Shown: positions 22,920-34,689, counted from the stretch's first letter. The stretch is 64,000 bases of DNA from an uncultured Gemmatimonadales bacterium (GCA_963823035.1 CAWGKG010000012.1:352001-416000), one strand, 5' to 3'. A program made the numbers and translations. The notes: generated by a model from the letters alone, not told the origin.

Positions 22920-23903
22920 TCACCGGTACAGCACCTTGTTGCAGGCCTCGACCACGCGGTCGGCGCTGGGCTTGGCCATCATCTCGAGGTTCTTCGCGTA
23001 CGGCATCGGCACATCGGCCTGGGTGACGCGCAGCACGGGCGCGTCCAGCCAGTCGAACGCCTCCTCCTGGATGGTCGCCACGATCTGCGCGCCCACGCCG
23101 AGGTAGGTCCAACCCTCCTCCAGGTAGACGGCCCGGTTGGTCTTCTTGACCGTCTCGACGATCGCGTCGACGTCGAGGGGGCGCAGCGTGCGCAGGTCGA
23201 GCACGTCGGCCTCGATGCCGTCCTTCTCCAGCTTGCTGCGCGGCCTGCAGCGCCACGTGGATCATCTTCCCGTGCGTGATGATCGAGACGTCCGAGCCCT
23301 CGCGCTTCAGGTCCGCCACGCCGAGCGGGATGACGAAGTCGTCGTCGTCAGGGACCTCGCCCTTGAAGTTGTAGAGCAGCTCGCCCTCCATGAACGCGAC
23401 CGGGTCGTTGTCGCGGATGGAGGCCTTCAGCAGCCCCTTCGCGTCGGCCGGCGTGCCGGGCACGACCACCTTCACGCCGGGCGAGTGCAGGTAGTAGGTC
23501 TCCACGGCGACGGAATGCTGCGCCGACAGCTGCAGCGCCGCCCCCGTCGGACCGCGGAAGACGATCGGGAATCGGGAACTGCCCGTTGCTCATGTAGAGC
23601 ATCTTGGACGCCGAGTTGATGACCTGGTCGATCGCCAGGAAGGCGAAGTTGAAGGTCATGAACTCGATCACCGGACGCAGGCCGGCCATGGCGGCGCCGA
23701 CGCCCAGCCCGGCGAAGCCGAGCTCGCTGATCGGCGAATCCACCACGCGGCGTGGCGCCGAAGGTCTCGAGCAGCCCCTTGGACACCTTGTAGGCGCCGT
23801 CGTACTCGGCGACCTCCTCGCCCATGAGGAAGACGTCCGGGTCGCGCTCCATCTCCTCGCGCAGCGCCTGGTTGAGCGCCTCGCGGTAGGTCATCACAGC
23901 CAT
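22920..23903 (-). CDS. pdhB: Pyruvate dehydrogenase E1 beta (frameshifts)
   Basis: [63 protein letters not shown]. Confidence 0.93.
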
Positions 23904-24976
23904 GGCACGCCCTCCCGCCCGTCGAAGCGCAGTCGGCCGCGCACGTCCAGATCGGCCCACACGTGCTCGTACAGCGCGTCGGGACCGGGCGCCGGAGCCG
24001 CTTCGCGCGGCTTCCGCCGCATCGGCGACGATCTCCCGCACCTCGGCGTCCATCGCCTCGAGCGTCGTCCTGGTCCAGGTGGCCGCCGTCGAAGAGGCGC
24101 TCGCGCAGGAGCACGATCGGGTCCTGCTCCTGGGTGTGCTGCTCGACCTCGTCCTTCGACCGGTACGTCCCCGAGACCGGGTCCGACATGGAGTGGCCGC
24201 GGAAGCGGTAGGTGCGCACCTCGACGAAGCGGGGCCCGCCGCCCGAGCGCACCTCCTCGGCCAGGTCGCGGAAATGCGCGTAGGTCGCCAGCACGTCCTG
24301 GCCGTCCACCTCGCTCGCCGGGATGCCGTAGGGCGACGCCTTCTGGACGATCTCGGTGAGCGACACCCGTCGGAAGGCCGTGCCCATCCCGTACTCGTTG
24401 TTCTCGACCACGTAGATGGCCGGCAGCTCCCAGATGGCCGCCATGTTCAGCGCCTCGTGGAAGGCGCCCTGGTTGACCGCGGCGTCGCCCATGAAGCAGA
24501 CCACGACGTTGTCCTCGCCGCGGTACTTGATCTTCCAGGCGATGCCGGTGCCGAGCGGGATCTGGCCACCGACGATGCCGTGGCCGCCCATGAAGCGCAC
24601 GTCGCGGTCGAAGATGTGCATCGAGCCGCCCTTGCCGCCCGAAGCGCCCGTCGGCGCGGCCGTACAGCTCGGCCATCACCGCGGCGGGCGCCACGCCCTT
24701 GGCGAGCGCCTGCGTGTGCTCCCGGTAGGCGCTGATCACGTAGTCGTCGGTGCGCAGCGGCTTGATGCAGCCGGCGGCGGCGGCCTCCTGGCCGATGTGC
24801 AGGTGGCAGAAGCCGCCGATCTTGCCGATGGCGTACCCCTCCTCGGCCTTCTCCTCGAAGCGGCGGTAGAGCAGCATCTCGCGGAGCAGCTCCACGGCCA
24901 GCTCGGGGCTCACCCCGTGCTCGCCCAGCACGTCGGAGCTCGTGGAGCGCTTCTTGGTCGTGTTCGTCTGCGCCAT
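23894..24976 (-). CDS. pdhA: Pyruvate dehydrogenase E1 alpha (frameshifts)
   Basis: [57 protein letters not shown]. Confidence 0.93.
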   Translation of the reverse strand: MAQTNTTKKRSTSSDVLGEHGVSPELAVELLREMLLYRRFEEKAEEGYAIGKIGGFCHLHIGQEAAAAGCIKPLRTDDYVISAYREHTQALAKGVAPAAVMAELYGRADGRFGRQGRLDAHLRPRRALHGRPRHRRWPDPARHRHRLEDQVPRRGQRRGLLHGRRRGQPGRLPRGAEHGGHLGAAGHLRGREQRVRDGHGLPTGVAHRDRPEGVALRHPGERGGRPGRAGDLRAFPRPGRGGALGRRAPLRRGAHLPLPRPLHVGPGLGDVPVEGRGRAAHPGAGPDRAPARAPLRRRPPGPGRRSRRWTPRCGRSSPMRRKPREAAPAPGPDALYEHVWADLDVRGRLRFDGREGVPWL

Positions 24977-24981
24977 GGGCG

Positions 24982-26100
24982 TCACCGGCTCCCCGCGGTC
25001 GGCTTGCCCGGGCGCCCGAGCTCGAGCTGCACGAGCGAAGACCGCATCCGGTCGGAGCTGATCTCGGCGGGCGCCAGCAGGTCGGCCTCCATCACCTCGG
25101 TGATCGCACCGGGCCCGCCGGCCTCCACCTCACGGGCCTGCTCCTTCGCGTGGTAGCTCGAGCGCACCAGCGGCCCGGACTCGACGTGCTTGAAGCCGTG
25201 CTCGCCCTCGCCGACGCGCTTCCACCCGACGAACTCGTCCGGGGTGACCCAGCGGGCGACGGGGATGTGCATCGGAGACGGCCGCAGGTACTGACCCAGC
25301 GTGAGGATGTCGACGGACGCCTCGCGCAGGTCCGCCATCGCCTGACGCACCTCGTGGGCCTCCTCGCCCATCCCGAGGATGATCCCGGTCTTCGTGAGCA
25401 TCGCCGGATCCATCTTCTTCACGGCGCCCAGGAAGGAGATCGAGCGCCAGTAGCGTCCACCGGGCCGGACGTCGGGGTGGAGCCGCTCCACCGTCTCCAG
25501 GTTGTGGCCGAGGATCTCGGGCTTCGCGTCCACCACGATGCGCAGCGCGTCCTCGTCGCCCTTGAAGTCGGGGATCAGCACTTCCACCGAGCACCCGGGC
25601 ACGGCGTCGTGGATGCGCCGGATCGTCTCCGCGTAGATGGCGGCGCCGCCGTCGGGCAGCTCGTCGCGGTTCACGCTCGTGATGACCACGTGCTCGAGCG
25701 CGAGATCGGCGACGCTGTCCGCCACGCGGCGCGGCTCGTCCGTGTCCAGCCCGGTGGGCATCCCGTGCGCCACACCGCAGTACTTGCAGGCCCGCGTGCA
25801 CACGTCCCCGAGGATCATGAAGGTCGCGGTGCCGGCCTCCCAGCACTCGCCGATGTTCGGGCAGCCGGCCTCCTCGCACACGGTGTGCAGGGAGCCGGTG
25901 CGCATCATGTGCTTGAGCCGCCGATAGTTGTCGCCGCCCGGAGAGCGCACTTTGAGCCATGCGGGCTTCCGCGACTTGATGTCGACGGTATCCAGGCCCT
26001 CGTGGGCCCGGATCCTGGATGTGCCCTTCGGCTTCACCACCCCCGTGTCCTTCCCCTCGGGGGCGTAGCCGCGAGGGGTTTCCGTCGCGGTGGTGCTCAC
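24982..26100 (-). CDS. lipA: Lipoyl synthase
   Basis: RKPAWL, TVCEEAGCPNIGECW, CTRACKYC, LTLGQYLRP, GPLVRSSYHA. GTG start at 26100. Confidence 0.95.
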   Translation of the reverse strand: MSTTATETPRGYAPEGKDTGVVKPKGTSRIRAHEGLDTVDIKSRKPAWLKVRSPGGDNYRRLKHMMRTGSLHTVCEEAGCPNIGECWEAGTATFMILGDVCTRACKYCGVAHGMPTGLDTDEPRRVADSVADLALEHVVITSVNRDELPDGGAAIYAETIRRIHDAVPGCSVEVLIPDFKGDEDALRIVVDAKPEILGHNLETVERLHPDVRPGGRYWRSISFLGAVKKMDPAMLTKTGIILGMGEEAHEVRQAMADLREASVDILTLGQYLRPSPMHIPVARWVTPDEFVGWKRVGEGEHGFKHVESGPLVRSSYHAKEQAREVEAGGPGAITEVMEADLLAPAEISSDRMRSSLVQLELGRPGKPTAGSR

Positions 26101-26246
26101 GCCTCTATCCTCCCGATCCACTGCCTGCACGCCATCGTCGCGTGGGAGCGGACCGCTCGTAGACGAACAGGTCCCGCGGGCCGGGGGCGTCGGCCGCTCG
26201 TGACAAGGCGGGTCAACGGTTTCCAGCGCCCCGGCAGAGCCTGAAA

Positions 26247-27398
26247 TCATAAGCCGAGGCCGAGGCCCCGTACAAGGTAGGCTACCCCGAAACCGAGGTA
26301 GTTTCCGACCGCGTACCCGACCAGCCCGACGATGATCCCGGGCAGTACGAGGCCCGGCCACTCCCTCGCCACGCCGACCGCCAGGGCGCTGGAGGGCCCT
26401 CCGACCGCCGCCTGGGAGGCCACCGACAGCGTGCCGAGATCGAGCTTGAAGATCCTGCCGCCCCCGTACACGACCACACCGTGGACGCCCACCACCACGA
26501 GCGTGTAGAAGAAGACCACCACGCCCACGGCGGCGATCTGCGCCACCTGGGACCAGATGCCGATCACCACGAAGAAGAGCTGCAGGACCATGGTGCCGAG
26601 CTGCAGCGCGCCTTCGGCGCGGTGGAAGAAGCGGGTATGGCCGAGCAGGAGGGCGTAGGTGGTCAGCCACAGGATCGAGGGCACCTGCGGGATCACGCGC
26701 GCGGTCAGGTCCGCCGCGGCGAGAAGGGCCAGCCCGGTGGCGACGAGCACGGAGAGGTCGAGCGCCGACACCGAGGCCGCCGCGAAGAAGGGGTGGTGCG
26801 CGTGCGTACCGCCCTCGCGCTCCTCGGGAAGCTCGGTCAGCTCCTCGGGCACCGGTGGGTAGAAGCGCGCCAGCCACAGGGGGAGGAGGAGGGTGGCCGC
26901 CATCCACAGCCCGGTGGTCAGCGCGTCCGCCGCGGTGGCCCCGGCCCACAGGCTGTCGGGAAGCTGCACGGCGCGCCCCACCGACACGAAGTTCACCGAC
27001 CCTCCCGTGTAGGTCCCGGTGAACACGCCCGCGAGCCGCCATGCGTTCTCGCCGATCGACGAGGCGAAGGCGAGCGCTCCGATGAACGCCCCGAGCGCGG
27101 TGCCGACCATCGCCAGCCCGAACGCGCCCATCATGCGCGGCCCCGCGAGCTTCAGGTCGGCGAGGTTGACCGAGAGGAGCAGCCAGGCGATGGCGAGCGA
27201 CGTGACGGGCCCGGCGATCGCGTCGTAGACGGGCGAGGTGGCGGGGACGATGCCGAAGTTCGAGAGCAGGGCCCCGAACACGAGGACCAGGAGCGACGCG
27301 CCGAGCTTGGAGAGGACCGGCACGTGGCGGTCGAGCCAGAACGCCAGCGCGGCCGCCAGGGCGATGACGGCCGTGAGAGAGAAGGGCGAGGAGATCAA
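26247..27398 (-). CDS. DUF819 family multi-pass membrane protein
   Basis: Hydrophobic; GTYTGGSVNF, ASQAAVGGPSSA, LPGIIVGLVGYAVGNYLG. Confidence 0.85.
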   Translation of the reverse strand: MISSPFSLTAVIALAAALAFWLDRHVPVLSKLGASLLVLVFGALLSNFGIVPATSPVYDAIAGPVTSLAIAWLLLSVNLADLKLAGPRMMGAFGLAMVGTALGAFIGALAFASSIGENAWRLAGVFTGTYTGGSVNFVSVGRAVQLPDSLWAGATAADALTTGLWMAATLLLPLWLARFYPPVPEELTELPEEREGGTHAHHPFFAAASVSALDLSVLVATGLALLAAADLTARVIPQVPSILWLTTYALLLGHTRFFHRAEGALQLGTMVLQLFFVVIGIWSQVAQIAAVGVVVFFYTLVVVGVHGVVVYGGGRIFKLDLGTLSVASQAAVGGPSSALAVGVAREWPGLVLPGIIVGLVGYAVGNYLGFGVAYLVRGLGLGL

Positions 27399-28168
27399 AG
27401 CTCCGTGCCCCGGTCGTCGGGCAGCTGCGTCTGCAGCTCCTCCTTGCGGCGCTGGAAGCGGCGCACGACGTGGTCGCGCGCCTCGCGCGGGTCGTCCGTG
27501 AGGAAGAAGAGGTCCAGGTCGCGCTCCCCGATCTTCCCTTCGGAGGCCATCCTGTCACGTATCCAGTCGACCAGCCCGCCCCAGTAGTCCGTGCCCATGA
27601 GCACGACCGGGAAGTGACGGACCTTCCCCGTCTGGATGAGCGTGAGCGACTCGAACAGCTCGTCCATCGTTCCGAAGCCGCCCGGGAAGATCACGAACGC
27701 CTGCGCGTACTTCACGAACATCGTCTTGCGGACGAAGAAGTACCGGAAGTCGATGGCCACGTCGACGTACGGGTTCGTGTGCTGCTCGAAGGGGAGCTCG
27801 ATGTTGCACCCCACCGAGCGCACGCCGGCCTCGCGCGCCCCGCGATTGGCGGCCTCCATGATGCCGGGTCCGCCTCCCGTGATGATCGCGAAGCCCGACT
27901 CGCCGATCAGGCGCGCCGTCTCGACGCACAGCGCGTACTGGGGATGGTCCGGCTGCACGCGGGCCGACCCGAAGATCGAGACGGCCGGTCCGACCTTGGT
28001 CATCGCCTCGAAGCCCTCGACGAACTCGCCCATGATGCGGAAGATCCGCCAGGCGTCGCGCCCGATCGTCTCGAGCTCCTCGACGCTCTCCAGGAGGCGC
28101 TCGTCCTCGGTCCGTCGGTGGTGGTTGGGAAAGGGCTCCGCCCAGTGGGCGCCGGAGTCGTGCTCCAT
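27395..28168 (-). CDS. LOG family (TIGR00730) nucleotide phosphoribohydrolase
   Basis: WRIFRIMGEF, SIFGSAR, TGGGPGIMEAANRGA, FFVRKTMF, PGGFGTMDE. Confidence 0.92.
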   Translation of the reverse strand: MEHDSGAHWAEPFPNHHRRTEDERLLESVEELETIGRDAWRIFRIMGEFVEGFEAMTKVGPAVSIFGSARVQPDHPQYALCVETARLIGESGFAIITGGGPGIMEAANRGAREAGVRSVGCNIELPFEQHTNPYVDVAIDFRYFFVRKTMFVKYAQAFVIFPGGFGTMDELFESLTLIQTGKVRHFPVVLMGTDYWGGLVDWIRDRMASEGKIGERDLDLFFLTDDPREARDHVVRRFQRRKEELQTQLPDDRGTEL

Positions 28169-28230
28169 ACCCGTATCACTCCTTCGGTGCTGGGGAGGCC
28201 CTCCGCGCTCGGATGGAGCTCCCCGGGGAT

Positions 28231-29223
28231 TCAATCGCTGGCGTGCTCCAGCAGCCATCGGCCCGTGCGCTCGAGCGCGTCCTCGTGCCGATGGGGAGGG
28301 TCCCAACCGAGCTCGCGGCGAATGCGCGCGGAGCCATAAGGGTTCTCCGAAAGAGCCAATCGCGCCACCCGCGCGAGCGGAAGGTGCTCGGCGCCCGGGG
28401 CCGAAACGCCCAGCTTCTGGAGCACTTCCGCGGCCCCGCGGACCAGCGCAGCGGGGATGGGGATCAGCACCGGGGATCGCCCGAGGCCCACGGCGAGCCC
28501 CTCGAGGAGGGCCCGCTGCGTGAGCGGGTGGTCTTCGCCGACCACGTACGTCGCGTTGGACCGCCCGGCCTCCAGCGCGAGGACCGCCGCGACCGCGACG
28601 TTCCCAGCGTACACGGTCGGCAGGGTGTTGTCGCCGGAGCCGAGCAGAAAGCTCACCGGCCGTCGCACCATGCGGCCGATGCGCACCGCCATCAGCCGAT
28701 CACGCTCGCCGTACACGGCCGACGGACGCAGGATCGTGACCGCCAGCCCGTGCTCGGCCTCGATCGACCTCGCGATGGCCTCGGCCTCACGCTTCGAGCG
28801 GGCGTAGAGGTCGCGCTTGGGGATGTCGCGATCGATCGGCGAGTCCTCGTCGACCGGCCCGTCGACGGTGCCGTACACGGCCACCGAGGAGAGGTGGACG
28901 GCGTGCTGGACGCCTGCGTGCACGGCGGCCATGAGGACGTGGCGCGTGCCCTCCACGTTCACCTCGCGCACCTTCGACCACGAGCCGCCCGCGTAGACGA
29001 GCGCGGCGGCGTGCAACACGTGGGTGCACCGCGCCATGGAGGGCGCGAGGGTGTCGGGCGGATCGCGCACGTCGCCCTCGACGATCGTGCAGCCGATGCC
29101 TTCCAGGAAGCTCGCGTCGGAGCCACGTCGGCAGAGCGCCACCACCTCGTGGCCCCCCTCGCGCAGGTGAGCCGCCGTGTGGGAGCCGATGAGGCCCGTG
29201 CCGCCGGTCAGGAAGACGCGCAT
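28231..29223 (-). CDS. NAD-dependent epimerase/dehydratase (extended SDR)
   Basis: MRVFLTGGTGLIG, NVEGT, HLSSVAVYG, YARSK, LRPSAVYG. Confidence 0.9.
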   Translation of the reverse strand: MRVFLTGGTGLIGSHTAAHLREGGHEVVALCRRGSDASFLEGIGCTIVEGDVRDPPDTLAPSMARCTHVLHAAALVYAGGSWSKVREVNVEGTRHVLMAAVHAGVQHAVHLSSVAVYGTVDGPVDEDSPIDRDIPKRDLYARSKREAEAIARSIEAEHGLAVTILRPSAVYGERDRLMAVRIGRMVRRPVSFLLGSGDNTLPTVYAGNVAVAAVLALEAGRSNATYVVGEDHPLTQRALLEGLAVGLGRSPVLIPIPAALVRGAAEVLQKLGVSAPGAEHLPLARVARLALSENPYGSARIRRELGWDPPHRHEDALERTGRWLLEHASD

Positions 29224-29261
29224 GAAGGGAGACCCCCTGCCGCCGAGGCGGGCCCGGTCTC

Positions 29262-30119
29262 TCAGCCGGAGCCCAGGTACCGCTGGGCTTCGCTCTGCAT
29301 CTCCGCCATGAGCTGCCGGTGTCCGTCGTACTCGACAAGGTTGCGCGCGTACTCCGTGTCGTAGACGCGCAGCAGATGCTCGTAGTACTCCTTGGCCTTC
29401 GCCGAATCCCCCATCGCGATCGCCGCCTGCGCGGCCGTGCCCAGCGCCAGCACGTGGTCGGGCTCGGATTCGAGGACGCGCTCCGAGGTGGCCAGCGCCG
29501 CGGCGGGATCCGTCAGGAGCTCGAGCAGCGCCTCGTGGATGATGCCATCGAGGTCGAGGGGCTCCGCGCGCTGGTACGCCTGCACGGCCATCGGCTGGAA
29601 GAACAGCGCATTGGTGGTGTCGCCGGCCGACAGCGTCTGCATGACGCGGTTGAACAGCCGGTCGGCCGCCTCCCGCGGCGTCATCGAGTTCAGGTCGAGG
29701 GTCGATTGCCCGTTCGCGGGGTTGCCCCCCATCCCGGGAGGCGGGCCGCCTCCCGAGGCGGCGGGCGGGCTGCTGGAGCGGCTCACCGCGTTCCATCCCA
29801 CCACCAGGATCAGGCCGAACATGGCGACGCCGGCGATCCACCAGGGCGCGTTGTTCCCGCCCAGCGTCGCGGCGGCCGCCGCCCGGTGGCCGACCACCGT
29901 CGGGGGGACGCCGCCCGGCCCCGCGGCCCGCGCGCCTCCTCCGACCTTGGCGCCGCACTGTGTGCAGAACTTCGCCGTGCCGGGGATCTTGGCACCGCAC
30001 TGGTTGCAGTGACGGCTGCCCAGCGCCGCGCCGCAGTGCTGACAGAAGTTGCCGCCCGAGGGCTTCCCGCACTGAGGGCAGGGCTGCTTCTGTCCGCCGC
30101 CTTTCGTCTCCTGCGTCAT
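29262..30119 (-). CDS. Double zinc-ribbon membrane-anchored protein with helical (TPR-like) C-terminus
   Basis: CPQCG...FCQHCG...CNQCG...FCTQCG, then a TM segment (PWWIAGVAMFGLILVVG) and helical repeats. Confidence 0.75.
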   Translation of the reverse strand: MTQETKGGGQKQPCPQCGKPSGGNFCQHCGAALGSRHCNQCGAKIPGTAKFCTQCGAKVGGGARAAGPGGVPPTVVGHRAAAAATLGGNNAPWWIAGVAMFGLILVVGWNAVSRSSSPPAASGGGPPPGMGGNPANGQSTLDLNSMTPREAADRLFNRVMQTLSAGDTTNALFFQPMAVQAYQRAEPLDLDGIIHEALLELLTDPAAALATSERVLESEPDHVLALGTAAQAAIAMGDSAKAKEYYEHLLRVYDTEYARNLVEYDGHRQLMAEMQSEAQRYLGSG

Positions 30120-30120
30120 G

Positions 30121-32427
30121 TCACGAGCCTGCTTCCGTCAGAGCGTTGAAGAGGAGCGGCCACGTGGCCACCGTCTGCCCCCGATAGTTGGGCTGGAAGC
30201 CGAACAGCACCACCGAGCCCCGTCCGACATCGGCCTCCACGATCGCCGGCTTTCCGGCGACGTGCTCGCCGCCCAGCACCCACCCGGACAGGAGTGGGTC
30301 ACCGGACCCATACCGCGCCGCGACCCGGATGTTCGCGTCTCCCACGTCGAACGCCCGGCTCCCCGTGCCGAACCAGGCGATGCTCTCGGTCTGCACGCCG
30401 CGGCCCAGCGAGGAGGAGCCGTCCACCTCGAGGCGGAGGATCGAACCTGGGATGTAGAAGTCGGTGTTCGGCAGCCCGTCGACCGCGTTGGTGACGTCGA
30501 GGCCGAACATCTCCGCGACCAGCTCGGTGGCGTCTTCGACCGCCACCAGCCTGCCGCCGGACTCGACGAAGGCCTTCAGCGCCGCAACACCCACGTCGCC
30601 GAGACCGCCCGCGTACTCGGCGGGGACCGCCGAGGCCGGGAAGCCGTCACGGATCGAGCGGGCGCTCTGCGCCTCCAGGAGGATCACGTCGTAGCGGTCC
30701 GCGAGCGAACCGCGCTTCACGTCGGCGTCGTGCAGCGTATCGTACTTCATCTCGTAGGTGTCGAGCACCCACCGCGTCCACCCCTCCTCGATCGGCTCCT
30801 GCCACGACTTGTACAGCGCGACCCTGGGCGCACCGGCGCCCCGGAAGGCGGCCGGCAACTCGAAGTCGAAGGCGGGAGGGTCGATGGGGTCGGACATCGC
30901 CACGGTCGGCGCCTGGTCGACCGCGACCGCCTCCATGTTCATGAGGTACGGCAGCGTATGCGCCGTAACGTCGTACGGCCGCTGGGGCGGGCCCCCCGGA
31001 TACTCGCGCAGATCCGGGTAGTGCTGCACCTCGAGCATCGTCTGCGCGAACGACGCGTACGGCTGGTTCATCGGCACGATCCAGCTTCCCGCCGGAAAGG
31101 AGATCCCGTCGGCGCTGAACGCGGCCGTGGCGCGGTGCACCTCCACGTCGCCCATCGCGAGGATGCGCAGCACGTAGTTCACGCCCGTGCTGTTCTCCTG
31201 GCCGGCGGGGATCACCCACGCGCCCGGCCAGGCGTCCCACTTGTCCACGGCGCGCTCGCCGATGTGGTAGAAGTCCTCCAACCAGTAGCGACGGTTCTTG
31301 GCGGCATTGGCCAGGAGCGCGAGCGCACCCGTCTCCATGTAGTCGACGATGTCCGGCAGCCCCCAATGCCCGCCGGGCCACACGTCCGGGAAGTTCCACG
31401 ACCGCTGCGACGAGTCGTAGTTCCGGTTCGGACCGAGCCGATCGGCCGCAACCTCCACGGGCGTCGCGACGCGCGCGGAGGCGGTTTCCGAGAGTATGCG
31501 CGCGCCCGCATGGTAGTGCTGGTAGGCTCGCGCCGGCGTCCACGCGTCGTACTGCCCCGCCACCACCGCGCCCGCCATCCCCTTCGCGGTGACCCGGGCG
31601 GCCATGTACGTCCCGAGCTGGTTCACCGCGGCCTGGAGCGCCGGGTCGATGTTGGGCTCCCACGGATCGATGTAGGGCGGGAAGAAGATACGCGCCCCGT
31701 TCGAGCCCATCTGGTGGATGTCGTGCACGATCTGCGGATGCCAGGCGTTGTGGGCCCCGTTGATCGTGAGGATGGTCTCGTCCTGCGTGAAGGCGTACCA
31801 GTCGCGGTTGTTGTCGTGGCCCACGTAGAACTGGTAGAGCCAGGGGAGGGGAGCGCCCTCGTACTGCGTGCCCACGTACCGGTTGTACCAGTCCACCACC
31901 CACTGGAGCCCGTCGGGATTGAGCGAAGGGATGTCCAGCAGGATCACGTTGTCGAGGATCTCGCGGATCTCCGGGTCGTCGGACGTTGCGAGCCGCCAGA
32001 GCATGCGCGCCGCCATCTGACTTCCGCCCACCTCGGTGGCGTGGATGCTGTGCGTGATCAGCACCACCGTGCGACCTTCGTCGAGGAGCCGCTGCAACTC
32101 CGCTTCACCCGACACGCGGCGCGGGTCCGCGAGCTTCATCTGGACCTCGTGGAGCTCGTCCAGCCGGGCCTGATTGGCCTCGCTCGTGACCGTCACCATC
32201 ACGAACGGACGCCCCTTCGTGGTGGTCCCGAGCGTGTCGACGATGACCCTCGGACTCGTCTTTGCCAGTATCTCGTAGTATGCGGTAAGCTGATTCCAGT
32301 CGGCGAGCTTGCGGTCGGTACCGATCTCGAACCCGAAATGCTGGCGCGGCGTGGGCACGGTCTGGGCGGCCGTAGACGTCGATGCGACGGCGACGGCCAC
32401 GAAGGCCGACAGGACGCGGCGAATCAT
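30121..32427 (-). CDS. Secreted M14 family zinc carboxypeptidase-like protein
   Basis: Signal peptide, SIHATE, PSLNPDG, GHDNNRD, DIHQMG, and a C-terminal GATase-like region. Confidence 0.88.
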   Translation of the reverse strand: MIRRVLSAFVAVAVASTSTAAQTVPTPRQHFGFEIGTDRKLADWNQLTAYYEILAKTSPRVIVDTLGTTTKGRPFVMVTVTSEANQARLDELHEVQMKLADPRRVSGEAELQRLLDEGRTVVLITHSIHATEVGGSQMAARMLWRLATSDDPEIREILDNVILLDIPSLNPDGLQWVVDWYNRYVGTQYEGAPLPWLYQFYVGHDNNRDWYAFTQDETILTINGAHNAWHPQIVHDIHQMGSNGARIFFPPYIDPWEPNIDPALQAAVNQLGTYMAARVTAKGMAGAVVAGQYDAWTPARAYQHYHAGARILSETASARVATPVEVAADRLGPNRNYDSSQRSWNFPDVWPGGHWGLPDIVDYMETGALALLANAAKNRRYWLEDFYHIGERAVDKWDAWPGAWVIPAGQENSTGVNYVLRILAMGDVEVHRATAAFSADGISFPAGSWIVPMNQPYASFAQTMLEVQHYPDLREYPGGPPQRPYDVTAHTLPYLMNMEAVAVDQAPTVAMSDPIDPPAFDFELPAAFRGAGAPRVALYKSWQEPIEEGWTRWVLDTYEMKYDTLHDADVKRGSLADRYDVILLEAQSARSIRDGFPASAVPAEYAGGLGDVGVAALKAFVESGGRLVAVEDATELVAEMFGLDVTNAVDGLPNTDFYIPGSILRLEVDGSSSLGRGVQTESIAWFGTGSRAFDVGDANIRVAARYGSGDPLLSGWVLGGEHVAGKPAIVEADVGRGSVVLFGFQPNYRGQTVATWPLLFNALTEAGS

Positions 32428-32504
32428 CGAATCTCCTCGGGGCTGATGGCGGTAGGAGTGGATGGTATCCACAGACTCCCCCACCGGCAACGGAGCGTGC
32501 AGGC

Positions 32505-34689
32505 TTGATCCGAACCACCCTCGTCGCCCTCTGCGCGGCGCTTGCCCTCCACCCGTCCGTCGGGGTGGCGCAGGCTGGGACGCCGGGGGACCCGACGTAT
32601 CGCGACGAGGCCGTCCGGGCTCTCATGACGCGAGCGCGCGCCGCCCGTGAGCGGGACGTCTCCGGCATCTCCAGCTACGAAGGTGTGCTGCGCGAGCACA
32701 TCTACGTGGGCCTGACCGCGCTCCGCTTCAGGCGCGAGCGGAGCCTCTTCGAGCAGGAGCGCATCGCGCGGGTACGCTGGTCGGACGGACGGGGACCGCG
32801 CCGTGCAGTGGCTGGGCGCCCGCCGGGCCATCCCGATCGTCGGGGCGGACACGCGCCGGGAGAAGGTCCAGGCGGAGGGGGAGGTGGGCGGCGCCGGTGA
32901 AGAGGTGCGCGCCGAGCTCAGGCGCGATCTCCCGGACGAGCTCCTCGGCGACGCGGACCTCGCCCAGTTCCCCCTCGATCCCGGCGGAAGCCGTCTCGTC
33001 TTCGGCGGGGATTGGGCCCTGCACCCGCTCGCCGACACCGCCGAGGCCTACTACCGCTTCTCGTCCGGGGACACGCTGCGCATCCGCCTCCCGGACCGCG
33101 AGGTGCGGCTCTACGAGGTGAAGGTGGAGCCCCGCCACGCGGACTTCCACCTGGTGGCGGGCTCCCTCTGGTTCGATGCCGAGACGGCCTCGCTCGTCCG
33201 GGCGAGCTACCGCCCGGCGAGGCCCTTCAACCTCCTCACGGACGAGCCCGAGGACGCGGAGGACGTGCCCGGCTTCCTCCAGCCGATCGAAGCCGAGATC
33301 AACTACATCACCGTCGAATACAGCCTGTACGACTTCCGCTACTGGCTACCCCGTCGCTTCGCCGCCGAGGGGGAGGCCCGTCTGGGCCGGCTCGTGCACA
33401 TCCCGATCACGGTCGAGTGGAGCGTGGGTGACTACGCCGTCAACGAGGCCGACACCGAGATGCCCATCGATGGGCCGCTGCCCCGCGGATGGTCACGCCA
33501 CGAGGAGCGCGTGAAGGACGAGGAGACCGGCAAGGTCTCCTACATGACGATCATCGTGCCCGAGGCCGATTCGCTCCTCGACTCGCCTCGGCTCTCCGAG
33601 GACTTCGGCGCGCGCTCCCCCACCGCGTTCACGGACGACGAGATCGACGAGATGAGGGGGGAGCTCCAGCAGCTCCTGCCCACCTACGGGCTCTACCGTC
33701 CCCACCTGGCCTGGGGGTTCGATCGTGGGCTGCTGCGCTACAACCGCGTCGAGGGGCTGTCCGCAGGGTCGGCCGTGAGCGTCCCTCTGGGGGTCTCGAC
33801 CTCGGCGACGCTCGAGGGCCGGATCGGGACGGGGGATCGAGAGCCGAACGTGGGCCTGAGCCTGGAGCGCGGGCCCGAGGAGCGGCGGTGGACGCTCTCG
33901 GGGTACTACCAGCGCCTGAAGCCGATGGCGGAGGAGACACATCCCTTCTCCCTCACGAAGTCCGTGGGCAACCTCCTCCTCGGCACGGACCACGGCCAGT
34001 ACTACCGAGCGACGGGCGCCTCCCTCGGCTACGGGCGCGCCGGGAAGCGGGTGCGGTGGGGGCTGGAGGCCTTCCACGAGCGGCAACGGAGCGTGGAGCA
34101 GAACACCGACTTCTTCCTCCTGAAGCCCATCCGCGATCACACGGCACCCTCCGTGCTCGAGGCGGAGCCCCTCGACCTCACCGGGGGGCGCGCCACGCTG
34201 GCGTGGTTCTCCGGCGTGGACCCCAACGGCCTCATCCTGACGGGACGGCTCGCGGGCGAGGCGGCAGGCGGCGACGCCGTCTACCAGCGGCTTTCCGCCA
34301 CGCTCTCGGCCACGCACCCCCTGCCCCTCGGCCTCGCCGGCGCTCTGGAGTTCGGGGCCGGGGCGCTCTGGGGCGACGACCCCGTGCAGCGCCACCTCTT
34401 CCTGGGCGGCTCCGCATCGCTTCGCGGCTTCCACACCAACGCGTTCCACGGCTCCTCGGCGTGGCAGGGCCGCGCGGAGATCGCCTCGGGGTTCGCCGGA
34501 GCACGCATCGGCCTCTTCGGCGACCTCGGTTGGGCCGGCCCTCGAGCCGACTTCCGCTTCGACGACCCCGCGGCCTCCGTGGGGATCGGCGTATCCCTGC
34601 TCGACGGGCTCCTGCGCGCGGATCTGGCGCACGCGGTGCGCCTTGGATCCGGCTGGAAGCTCCACCTCTACCTCGACGGGCTCTTCTGA
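32505..34689 (+). CDS. Secreted/outer-membrane protein with C-terminal beta-barrel (frameshift near 32790)
   Basis: Signal peptide from TTG 32505; RYNRVEGL, LGGSASLRGF, alternating strands, terminal ...LYLDGLF (aromatic last residue). Confidence 0.65.

Noticed and set aside
28231..29223. SDR epimerase as the ceramide reductase partner of the GNAT
   Set aside because: It has only generic extended-SDR motifs, lies 14 kb away in a different operon, and has no specific supporting evidence.
32465..32473. Single DnaA-like box gtatccaca between M14 and the OMP gene
   Set aside because: It is isolated with one mismatch and could be chance.
30118..32508. Long antisense or alternative-frame ORFs (e.g. 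30118..32508 +, 60139..62853 -, 20824..22560 +)
   Set aside because: These are shadow ORFs of real genes caused by high GC. They are Arg/Gly/Pro-rich with no family motifs.
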